A stretch of DNA of 64,000 bases from NCBI GenBank assembly GCA_051362555.1, contig CM120641.1, forward strand, positions 48,056,401 to 48,120,400, written 5' to 3'. The DNA comes from Lingula anatina (Eukaryota > Animalia > Brachiopoda). A program made the translations under genes and the position numbers. The notes beneath the pieces are model-generated. The model ran no database searches, was not told the origin of the DNA, and saw only the letters and a list, made by a program, of their open reading frames with translations. Positions 1 to 11,985 of this stretch are shown here, one piece after another (the first letter of the stretch is position 1; each line of letters starts with the position of its first letter).

Positions 1-432
1 CTATTTTATAATTTTTACCTGCCATCTTTAAAGTGGACAATAGCTATGTTTTTCTGTAATATCTGTCACATTAGTGATGTAAATGGCCACACTTCATCCA
101 AATGGTTTATTATATTATTTAAATTAATTAAATTTTACACTGTCATTTATGAGCTTTGGATTATACTCACACTATGTCACTTTCAATCTCTGTGACACAA
201 TATTGTTGACAACATGACTGAGGAACCAGGTGACCTTGGCACACTGAAGACTCTTTTGGACGAATGTGTTGATTGGTTCACCTTGCCCTACTTTCCAAGG
301 TCACGGAAATACTTCTCTCTGGCAGAAACTCATGGAAGCTCTGCTTTGAACTTGTTTTCATTGATACAAATGGTAACAGTACAATCAAATATAGTGGAAA
401 AAAAATCCCGGAATTGCTTCTACTTTTTGCAG

Positions 433-3400
433 AACTCGAGGCATCTGCAATACTTGACTCCACGTCCAATCCTTTCTTGAGTGAGGCGAACGCTGAGCGG
501 ATTGTGAACAAACTGTGCCAGGTGAGAGGGGCCGCACTGAAGCTGGGACAGATGCTTAGTATACTGGATAACACCATGATCAACCCAGAACTGGCCAAGA
601 TATTTGATAGAGTGAGACAGAGTGCCGATTTCATGCCAGCTTGGCAGATGGAGGTATTTGTTTTTAATTGTTTGATAGTTTGCTTCTGGAAATAAATCAA
701 ATATGAGCTTTTTTTTTTGCTGAAATGCCGAATTCTACTTTTTTTAAATTCAATTCTGATGGTTCCTGAGATTCATGGCCGATTAGGTATTGGGTCCCAT
801 GATAAATGTTCAGAAGTTTTTTATTTTTTATCTTTTTTTAAACCTAGGCTCATGTTTGATATATATGAAAATTGCTTTTAAGGGACCATATGTGTAATGT
901 TGTTGAGAGCAGTTCACAGTTTAGTACATTGTATGCAGTTACAAATGGTAACATTTTTATGTGGAGATAAGTTAAATGCAGAAAATGAAGAATTGATGGT
1001 GTGAACTATGAAAATATTGTACAAAATATGGGACATTACATATATTATTTGAATAGCTTATTTGTGAGATAATAAACTGTCCTTGGAGTGATATATACCA
1101 GAACACCTCAAGCCTCAAGTGCTTGCATTTCACTGAAAAACACCACTATATATATATATATATGTATGTATGCACTGAATAGAGGAAAAAATGTTGTTTG
1201 TTGTTCCAGAAAGTGATGAAGAAGGAGCTAGGCAGTGATTGGAGGGACAAGTTGGCCGAGTTTGACCCCAAACCATTTGCTGCTGCATCTATAGGTCAAG
1301 TACACAGAGGGAGGCTTCATGATGGAAGAGAAGTGGCCATTAAGATACAGGTAAGAGACCTTTTCAGGGCCACATTTTGGTTACCCTTCACTGTGTTAAA
1401 TATTATATAGATATGATGCTTCTAGTATGTGTTTAATGGAGTGCTTCCTCTAGTGCCAGCTCAGTGCCATTGATAATGGCAACAGTTTTTGGTTGGCAGT
1501 GTATCGCATGGATGATCAAATTTACCTAGATTTTAATTGAAGAGATTTTAACTAGACAATTAAATGTTTTAGTTATTAAAATAGTTTTAAGTTGAGCAAA
1601 ACATGAAAGACGTATCAACTTTGACTATAACAGTCTCCCAGAACTTGTTTTACTTTTCAGTACCCAGGGGTTGGTAAAAGCATTAACAGTGACATTGACA
1701 ACTTGATGTTTGTCTTAAACTTTTGGAAGATTCTACCTAAAGGTATGGCTATGTAATGTAGCAAATAAAAGTCAAGTGTTTCAATACATAATGAGTTTAA
1801 GAGACCCTGCTGATAAAAAACGGGTCAGTAAAAAGTCAGCATGTGACTGTGTGCTTCAAAGAGGGCTTCTTGTATCAAAGTATGTCAAGGACTAATGCCA
1901 ACCCCATCCAAATGATTCAAGAGTTAAACTGGAAAAGGAAAAATAAGATGCAAATAAAGAATAATATTTGCTGTCAGTTGAACAAAAAGTGAAATATTAA
2001 ACTAATACCAATCATGTTAATCTATGTATAGTTGTTTTGGCATCTGATCAAATAAACCACTAACTCACGTACATACACACACACTGCACGCGCACGCACA
2101 GTGAAGAAATGCATCAGACATCAGGGTCATGTTGTGGTGTTGTTATCTTCAGGACTGTATGTGGAAGAGTTTGTGCAGCAAGCCAGGATAGAGTTAGCCT
2201 GGGAAGTAGACTACTACAGGGAAGCCAAGTATGCTAAGATATTCAGGTACAACATCTAGAATGTCTGTAGAAGTTTGACTTAATCTAGTTAATTATGATG
2301 AAGGTATCAGAGGCACCATTCATAATAGGGGACTAACTTATCTGAGGGTCAAATATGGCCGACCCACTTGAATACTTCCCCACGGGATATCTATTCAGTG
2401 TCTATTAGCAGATTAGACGGCAAGCTTTGTAGTGGGTCGCCATATTTTACACTCGGACTAGTGAGTCCCCTATTCTGAATGGGGCTTAAGATAAGTTATC
2501 TAAATATTGGTGGGCATGTTTTGTCCAAAACCAACACCATTGTTGACCTCTGTAAATATCTCTTTCGTGGCAGAAATGATTTTCTAATGTATTGGCATTG
2601 TAGAAAAGCATGTTTGAATTTATACAGACCATTTCCTACAAAAGTCAATATATATAATTTATTTCACCTTCATTGAGGTTCTCTCCAGTAAGAATCCCTT
2701 CATGTATAGTTGATAAAACAGAAATGGTAGTCTAAGGAATACAACTCTGGTTTTATAAGATAAGAACAGGTCAGGGTAAGCCAAAAGTAACAAGGTTTTT
2801 ATATGGGAAGATTGTAGCCTGTTCGGTGTAATTGGAAGGTATTTTTGTTGTCATGGCTAGTGATTTACTTGCAGGGATGACTTGCTGAATGATGAGGTGT
2901 TTTACGTACCTGAAGTGATCCCAGAGCTGAGTTCTAAGGAAGTAATCACCTCAGAGCTGATAGATGGAGTACCTCTGGATCAGGCCGTAGACATGGACCA
3001 AGACACAAGGAACCATGTAAGTCAACCTCTCTCTCCCTCCCTGCCTCTCTCTCTCTCTCTCTCTCAATCTCTATTTATTTATTTTATTTTATTTTACTTA
3101 GATTTGCAAGAACATCCTGAGGCTTTGCCTTCATGAGTTGTATGAGTTAAGACTTATGCAACCAGATCCTAACTGGTCCAACTTCTTCTTCAACCCAACC
3201 ACTGGAAAGGTAAGGATGTTTTAATGAACTTTTGATTTGTCCATTTATTTACAGATGTTTGTCCATTCACTAATAAATGTAGGAGGATTCTGGGAGATTG
3301 CGATAATCAGGTCTGGAGGAGTGGGGAGGAGAAAATAAGTTTGCTAAAGATGAGATGGAAGTGGATGCTTTGTTTGGTCAGGCAGATTTTATAAATGTAG

Positions 3401-4187
3401 ATGAAAATGAATAAATGGAATTTTTTTTTCTCTCTAGATATACTTGCTAGACTTCGGTGCCACCAGGAAATATGACACAGAGTTCGTGGACAGTTACATC
3501 AGGATCATCAAGGCTGCCGGGGAGGGGGACAGAGAGGGGGTGTTGGATTGGTCCAAGAAAATAGGCTTTCTCACTGGTTATGAGTCAAAGGTAAAGGTCA
3601 CTGGGCGTATTTTCTCAGTGGCTTTTGTTCCCTCATATCCTTGATGTACAAAATTACTAGGTTAAGAAAAGTTGCAAAAAAAGAAGTATAATGGATATAA
3701 TTATGGCATTCTAAGATGTTCTGTTTAAATCTGGTTGTATAGGATAATATGGGTCAATTTCCATATAATTACAAACATGTCAAGTTAAATTTTTCATGGT
3801 AAAGTTTTCTGAATTGTTGAAGTGGTGTTGTCAGCAATAAGCACTGTTCTCATTTCATGATGATTCATCCTCTCGCAATACTTTTAGGTTATGGAAGATG
3901 CCCACACAGATACAGTCCTCATTCTTGGCGAAGCCTTCAACTCCGCGGAACCCTTTGACTTTGCTACGCAGAGCACTACGCACCGCGTTAGGAACATCCT
4001 GCCTGTCATGCTGGACCATCGCCTCTCGCCGCCACCAGAGCAGACGTACTCCCTGCATCGCAAAATGTCTGGTGCATTCCTGCTTTGTACTAAACTGAGA
4101 GCTAAAATTCAATGCAAGGAGATGTTTGACAAAATCTGGGACAACTATAAATTTGAGGAATATGAGAAAGATGCATTTGGTGCTTAG
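433..4187 (+). CDS. COQ8: Atypical kinase COQ8 (ADCK3/4, UbiB family), 5'-incomplete; 8 exons in window
   Basis: Exons with GT-AG boundaries in consistent phase: 433-653, 1210-1350, 1661-1742, 2153-2246, 2875-3016, 3102-3209, 3438-3590, 3888-4187 (stop). Motifs: KxGQ (ALKLGQMLS), A-rich loop [51 protein letters not shown]. Confidence 0.96.
702..855. repeat. Short dispersed repeat (related copies at about 5270-5405 and 20320-20452)
   Basis: Shared TTTTTAA(A)TTCAATT...CCATG(A/G)T(A/C)AATGTTCA...TTTAAACCTAGG(C/G)(T)CATG core in three non-coding locations. Confidence 0.65.
2311..2486. mobile_element. Small palindromic MITE in a COQ8 intron
   Basis: AGGCACCATTCATAATAGGGGACT...AAATATGGCCGACCCACT is inverted with AGTGGGTCGCCATATTT...AGTCCCCTATTCTGAATGGGGCT. 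Confidence 0.7.
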
Positions 4188-5513
4188 TTTGGGAGACACT
4201 TATTGTTTTATCTGACTTCAAATAAGGGAAGAGGGATCCTACATATGTCAGTTTTATGTGCTGTTGGATATTCCAAAATGTTTTTCCTTAATTATATTGA
4301 AGTGGTTTATCACAATAGAAAGTTTGGTAATTGGCATTAGTGTTGTTGTGAATTGTTATCTGGAATATTCACTTGTTTTGGGAACTAGTTTCAATGTGTC
4401 AAGCAATAAAGGGACAGATTATTTACAAGTTTGTCCAAAACATATTGAAGATATTAATATTAATAAACTTTTGGTTTAGAAAACAAAATCCTTGTCCTTT
4501 GACCAGTCTAAAATTATTTATTATTCATTTGAGAGAATATGAATAAAGCAATGAATTCATACCTTGTATTCCAATCTTTTGTTTTATTTTCTGCGATTGT
4601 AGCGTCATAGAAAATTATCACAACCTTTTCACCATAAAACGGACAACAAAAATATATTTTCTGGACTACAAAGGGATAATTATGCTATAAAATACTTTCT
4701 CTGCTAGAACTAAATACATTTTTTTAATTCTACTAAATTAAGCATTGCAGTAAAATTAACTAAGACAAAACTTATTACTCTGTAACAGCACATTTATAAA
4801 GTGAAATCATTTTTTTTTAATATAAAAATATGCTCATGGGTAAAGACTGCTAGAGGATGGCTAGAAAACAAACACCTATTCAGCATGTATATAACTTGGA
4901 CGGATTACTATCACTGGTTCAACAAAATGATGGCTAAAATGTAACCTCTTTGCCCCAGTTACCCAACATAATTATAAGGACAAACAAAGAAAATGGACTA
5001 AAAAGCAAATTGGCATCTTTGACTTGGGAGATATCAGCTTGTTCTCTGCAAACTTCTCTTCAAATACAATGTACAGAGTTCTAAATGCATCAGTTTTGTT
5101 ATACAATAATATGAAATCTGATTAGACATTTTAATTACCTAATTATTACCCTTTATATTATACCTCCAGTCCACCTCTTCATATTCCCAGTGTCCTTCAT
5201 TCCTGTGTATGGCTTGATAATGTTTGTCTTTGAATCAAACACCAAGAACATAAGCCAGATTACACAGACAAAAGCTTTTTCCTTGAAAACCGCATTTTTT
5301 AATTCAATTACTAAGGTGGCCCCCGGACCACTGGCCGATTAATGTTGAGTTCCATGGTCAATGTTCAAGAGCTTTTTTTTTTTTTTAAACCTAGGCTCAT
5401 GTCTGTTATTTCTTGCATGAAGGCTGACACACAGCACTCAGTAGGTCCATTCTTTCAGTCAGTGTCCGAGTCCTTCAAATTAAAGCTGCTGACATTGTTA
5501 CATAATTTCTACA

Positions 5514-8500
5514 TCATATCCAGCACTTGAACTTGAAGAAGGCCTGTATATCTGGGTCATCTACAGACTTGTGGTTCACACCAGCATACACAGACTTACA
5601 CAGGTCTGTCTTGAACTTGGCATCCAGGGTCTCTACATACTTCTCTATGGATCCTTAAGTAGATTGACAGAAAAAATGAAATATTATTTTTTAATGAGAT
5701 TATAGGTTAAACAGGATTTTAAATGGATATAAACATATTGATGGGCGACTTTGATGTTGTACTTTTTGAGTAAGAATTTTTCTTCTTAAACAAGATATAG
5801 CATGGAAGTGATAAGAAATAAAACAGTAGTCTATTGAGTCATGAAATTCAATACATAATGAAACAAGAAATTCTTCAAATGGGATTACTAAAACAGTAAA
5901 ACTATCAATATGTAAAACAGCAAACTAATGACATCAATGTCCAAACAAGGCTTATTAAGATATCAAATTAGGAATTTTGCCATGTTAAAATTTCACTGAC
6001 CGAGGCCCATTACTCTCCCCAAGGCAATTAAGTTTGGTCCCAGCCTGGGGTCATCAAACTTCTCCGCCTTCATCAGCAGTCGCACTATCTCCTGGAATAT
6101 GTAGGCATCATCAAAAGATGGGGTCTCTGGGACAGGAAACCTGGCATAGATATCAACTGCAGCCATGGGGTCTTTTTTGATGATCATATCTGCTGATTCT
6201 ATGTAAGCTTCATGAAGCTGGAAAACGGTGAAGATAAAGTTACATTTGGTGTTGAAAAAACTCTTAAAGACTACACACTTAAAATTTTTATGGAAACTGG
6301 TTGCTCTATTAAAAATTAGCACTTTATTTAGGGCAATATCTCACTTTTTACAACTAACAGAAGTGTGTAGGGTGGCACATGTATACTACAGAAAGCGGGG
6401 TGTTTCCATCATGGTAATATTCAAATCATGTTTTAGATATCAATCTAAAATAAAAGTGAAAAGCAGTAAGAAACTCACATCAGGTGCCAGAGTGATGACC
6501 TCGTGGTAATATTTCAGTGACTCAGAGAGATCTTCGGCCTCCCTGGAGAGTGCCCTGGCCAGTCCCAGTCTGGGGTGGTGTGCCTTACGGTTGATAGGGG
6601 CATTGGCAGGAACTGGGGCCACAGCTGGGGACTCTGCTGGTTTGGTCTCTGCTGGAAAGTTGATAATTATGTTTTGGCAATGTCTTTACAGTGAATGTCA
6701 ATCTCTTGTGTCAATCTCTTGAGATATGATTCCAAAATAGGATTGCACAGTAACAGTTTTGAATCTGAGTCATTTAGATGAAGCTTGACATTTCTTACAT
6801 TTAGGGCAGATTTTTTGTTCCATTGTTAGTCTGGATGTAGTCAGTATTGCCAAGTGTATGTATTCATTACCTGGTTTTTCCTCTTTGGCAGGTTCTGGTT
6901 TGGTGGCTGCAGGAGCAGCAGCAGTCTTGGCAGGTGCCCCTGGTTTAGCTGCAGCAGCTCCTCTCCCAGCTGGGGCTCCACGGGCAGCGGGTTTAGCAGG
7001 GGCTGCCTGAAGTAGTGAGTGTATATATATATATATATATAGGGTGGTTAATATTAACAATAGGGGGCTCCACGGGCGGCAGGTTTAGCAGGGGCTGCCT
7101 GAAGTAGTGAGTGTATAGGGTGGTAAAACAAAGCTGAATGTAGGTAAAAATGCCAGTATGAAGCAGCTTTTTACACACTATCTACTTTTCTGTAGTTTTT
7201 GCATTGTATTGTATTTCAGACATTAATTGCAGTTTCATGTTAATGTCAAAGATATACATGTTAGCTATGTTACTTTAGCAGCAGCTCCTCCTCTTGCGGC
7301 GGCTCCCCCGCGTGCTGCAGCCCCACCACGTGCAGCTGCACCTCCTCGTGATACTGCAACGACAAGTGACAAAATGTCAGCTATTCTTCTGTCTGTTACA
7401 ATAACCCTAATACCTCATTTTTTTTCCAATCTGGACTTTAAATGGCAGCAACTAAGTGCAATTAAAACTCCCTTTTTAAACAAATAATTGCACAATTGTC
7501 AATAAATTGTCAATTCAATAAACTGTCCTAACTGAAATTTTCTCAGAGAATCCATATTAAAATGTTTAGTTAATCTTATTTCAAAAATGCAGACTTTAAC
7601 AACAGAACCAAGATATGGTAACTCTACATGTAGTAATAGACATAAACAAGGCCAATTAACTCCCCTACCTCCCCTGACAGGTGTGGTGGCTCCCCTCCCC
7701 CTGGGTGCCGCTGCTCCTCCCCTGCCTGCCGCAGCAGGGGCCTTGTCTGCTGCTGGGGCCGCTGCGGGAGCTTCAGCTTTCTTTTTCTCTTCCTCTGCCT
7801 TCACCTTGTCCTGCCACCATTTCTGTCCTATATGTTTTTGAACAAAGGCATTTTAACAATGAACAAATAAAAATGATGGGTATGCATGTATATGAATTTA
7901 GAAAGGAGGCTTTTTCTTATTATCTTTCTTCTTTTGTCTTTTTTCATTTCATTTAATTTCTTAAATTTTATTTCTATTATTGTTATAATTATCACATTTT
8001 TGTTAAAATGCATATAATGATTTTCGGTGTATTTGAAGAGGAGCACACCTTTAATCTCCTCTGGTATTGGCCCCGCTGCAGGTTTCCCCTCCAGTGCAAT
8101 ACTGGCCAGGAAGGACTTCTTACAGTCGTCCAGGAGCTGCTTGGATGCCTCTGACCCAGGGTCATTGTCGTACAGCTCCAGTTGGGAGTTACCAAGAAGA
8201 TAGAGGGCGTAGCTGTTGCAAGGCTGACTGGTGACCAGCTTCTGGCTTGTCTGTATCAAATAATAATAATAATCATTATTATAACAACAACAACAATAAT
8301 AAAATTTTTCCAATGGATATGTCCATATTAAAGGAATTAAATGTCAAGATTTGTTTTTTTTTTTTTTTTTTGCCCCAACTTCCTTTTTTGAGAAAAAGAA
8401 AGATTACAGACAGCAAAGTTTCAGTGTCTCCTTCAGAAAATTAACTTTATCCATGAAAAAGAAGCCAACATTATAACTATTCAATTTCAACAATTTTCTT

Positions 8501-11500
8501 CCCAAATCTAAAAAGGGGATTTAAAATAATGATCTAGATATGTCTTCACCTTAGCCTGCAGAGCCAGCAGATCACTATTGGTGGGAATGGTGGAGTATCT
8601 TATCAGTGCTGACAGACGCTCACATCTCTGTGTGATCAGTTTCTCGTTGTCTTTAGGATTGGCTGAGAGCTGCTCCAATAGCAAGGAATGTGCCTCCAGT
8701 AGAACCCACTCAAACTGTTTATAGGTGTCGCCTCTGGAGATCCTGGTGAGCACCTGCGTGGCAAGGTAGGCAGCACTGAAATATGAGTAGATGAGTGTGA
8801 ATGTACAGCACTTAAACAGTAAAACTGAATTGAACTGAAGATTTACTTTTTGTAATTATGAATTTTTTTGTTAGTGAAAAATGTTCCTCTTCATTCACGT
8901 ATCAAGATTTAAAAACAAAAACAAAAAAAAAATGGAAATCTGCACAATTTTCAATTACTTACCCTGATGTTTTAGTTACAATAAACATTTACAAAGGAGT
9001 TGTAAGCAATGACAAACAATAGAATACATCTGTGATATTTTACCTGTGGAATACATCAGATGATGACATGCAGTCTTTGACATCAGGGTTGATAGCGGCC
9101 AGTTTGCCCAGCTGGACAATACCCCGAAGCAGGTGGACATTGGACAGTCTATAGAGATTCTCTGCACTAAGTTTTGGCTCCTCATCTTTACTGAAATGAA
9201 ACACAACGCACAGAGTAACAGATTATTTATCTGGTCTAAATATAAAAGTCAGGTCTCCATTCCACTTTCTACAGAAAATACTGTAAAATCTGTGAAATTT
9301 TTTTCATTCCCTGAAATTTCACCAATTTTTATCGTCTTGCAGATTTTTTTTTTACATTATGAAAACTTGTATCTTAAAATTCACAGCACAGTGTCTTGTA
9401 CAATTCTATAATATTCTTATGTTTAAAGAAATTCGTTAACATGAGAAGAACAATATATATCGTAAATTCTTCCAGCTATCCTCTATGTACATAGACTACC
9501 TTGTGCCCTCCACACCCAGTGCCTCCTGTGTAAGCTGTGTTAGCAGTATCTCCATTCCCTCCTGCAGGTAGCTGATGGCCTCCTTGGCTCTGTCTCTAGG
9601 TCCATCCTTCTGTAGGGCCAAGGCAAGGCCAAGGTAAAACCTGGGGATAGAGGATAATATAGGATAGAATGAAAATAAACTTATTTTGTAAATTAACTCT
9701 ATTTGTACCAGTTACTGTTTGCAGGGAATACTATGTATTATATGAGTGTTGTCAGATAATGAAATGGCCAATGACTTCTATACCTGAACAACTTGAAAAA
9801 AATTTACTGTCTCATCTTCAACTTTTCTAGCATTTACTCTAGGTCAACATCACGGCAGTAATAGGTTCTGTCCCACTCACCTTGCCATCTGGTACCAAGG
9901 GTTCTGTCCAACTCACCTTGCCATCTGATACTGAGGGTTCTGTCCCACTCACCTTGCCATCTGGAACTGAGAGTTCTGTCCCACTCACCTTGCCATCTGG
10001 TAACAAGAGTTCTGTCCCACTCACCTTGCCATCTGATACTCAGGGTTCTGTCCCACTCACCTTGCCATCTGGTACTGAGGGTTCTGTCCCACTCACCTTG
10101 CCATCTGGTAACAAGAGTTCTGTCCCACTCACCTTGCCATCTGATACTGAGGGTTTTGTCCCACTCACCTTGCCATCTGATACTCAGGGTTCTGTCCCAC
10201 TCACCTTGCCATCTGGCACTGAGGGTTCTGTCCCACTCACCTTGCCATCTGGTACCGAGGGTTCTGTCCCACTCACCTTGCCATCTGGTACTGAGGGTTC
10301 TGTCCCACTCACCTTGCCATCTGGTACCGAGGGTTCTGTGCCACTCACCTTGCCATCTGGTACTGAGGGTTCCAGCTCAGGGTCACCTCCAGTCTCTTCA
10401 CGGCCTCCAGGTAGTTACCCTGGATCACCAGCAGGCGGCCCACATGGAAGTGGTACACTGCCTTGGCCTCGTCCAGGGACAGGGCATCCATGTACTTCAG
10501 GTAAGCCTGACCCAGGGGGGATGCCTGGTCCTCTGCCTTCTGGGCCGCCTCACCTTCCTGGAAGGAGGGGTGATTTTATTGACTAGAATTGTGAATAACC
10601 ATATCTTTATTATACATAGCCTTTTATTTTCAGTCCTTGACATCAACTTTCTGTGTAAAGTGATGTCATGTTATGGTAGTCATCTAATGCTATGTTGTTA
10701 TGTTACGAGCGTTGTTACCTTGTGAAAATGAGCACCTGTACAAGCACTTCAATTCAGTATTTTCAAACTCTGAATCAAGATATTTTTTATGTACATTAAT
10801 ATACAAGAAATAAAGAGCAGTAATAATTCTTAGACTTAATCAAATCAATGCAAATACTCAAGCATCATCATCCTGGAAGGCATCAACTATTCTGTACCTG
10901 AGTTGCCTGCTTGTTCTTCCATGCATACAATTTCTGCACATGCTCAGCCTTGTCCCCTTGACCACTGTCCACTAACTGGTGATACTCTGTGTCCAGGGCC
11001 TTCAGCTGCAGGGAGAGGGGGGCATTGGGCTCACAGCCATGGAGCTTACAGATAGCAGCTATCTCCTCAGCCTTGGAACTCTCTTTGGCTTGGAGGTTCA
11101 TGCCAGCAATCTCTCCAATACCTCTCTGGAGAAGAATTGAAATACTAATTTGCTTTCTTTTTAAAATGCATTTGTCAGTTTCAATGGTATTGACAAAATA
11201 TCAAGAAAATGTTGCTTTTTAGCCATCTCAGTTGTACTTTACCTACATGTAGCAGGGAAAAAGAACTTTTATTAACTCAAAAAAAAAAAAAAAAACTAAA
11301 TTACCATGGATATACTGTAACAGTAAAACACCGAACATCATATATCAATTTTGCACTTTATACCTCTTTTTTCAAATGAAACATGTCCTCAGCATAGTAT
11401 TTCTCCTCCAAGACTAGGCCAAGTTGTAGGTGGACATTGGCATCCTTGCCTTTGGTCTTCAGGGCACAGGCGTAACAAAAGGCAGCATGGCTGAGATGAT

Positions 11501-11937
11501 CTAAGGGGCCCTCGCCCTCGGCAAACTTGGGTGCTTTACCTGATAATGATAATGGATGAGGAGAGAGAACAGTTTCTTATAAATAAAAATTGGTGTTGAT
11601 ATTGAAACAAATATCTTCTCAAAGCTGCATATGCTTATTAAAAATCCTTCAACTTGTATTTCATTAATCTTACCTGGTTTGGGTAATGTCTCAAAGTATT
11701 TCTGAACAGAGTTTTTTCCTAAAGTGACCAGCTTAGTGGCATTGGTTTCATCAAAGATCTGATGAAGTTGTTTCTCCCAAGGCCGCACTTGGATGGTGTG
11801 AGTGATGGGAGCGTCTGTTGATTTGAACTTGTCTTTCACATCCTAAAATAGGAAAGATGCAATCTAAATTAAAAACTCGCTGAAACTGTTACAAGGGATA
11901 AATTCAAAGTAGTATTAAGGAGATAGCGTACTAAAGT

Positions 11938-11985
<48 letters not shown>

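Noticed and set aside
7227-7956. Plus-strand Ala/Pro-rich ORFs
   Set aside because: They are antisense to GC-rich exons of the minus-strand gene.
9865-10368. 36-bp repeats resembling a CRISPR array
   Set aside because: The units are contiguous with no unique spacers, there are no cas genes, and the context is a eukaryotic intron.
9882-10725. Plus-strand 234-aa and 189-aa repetitive ORFs (GSVPLTLPSGTE)n
   Set aside because: They are antisense by-products of a 3n minisatellite plus a real minus-strand exon; no independent gene structure.
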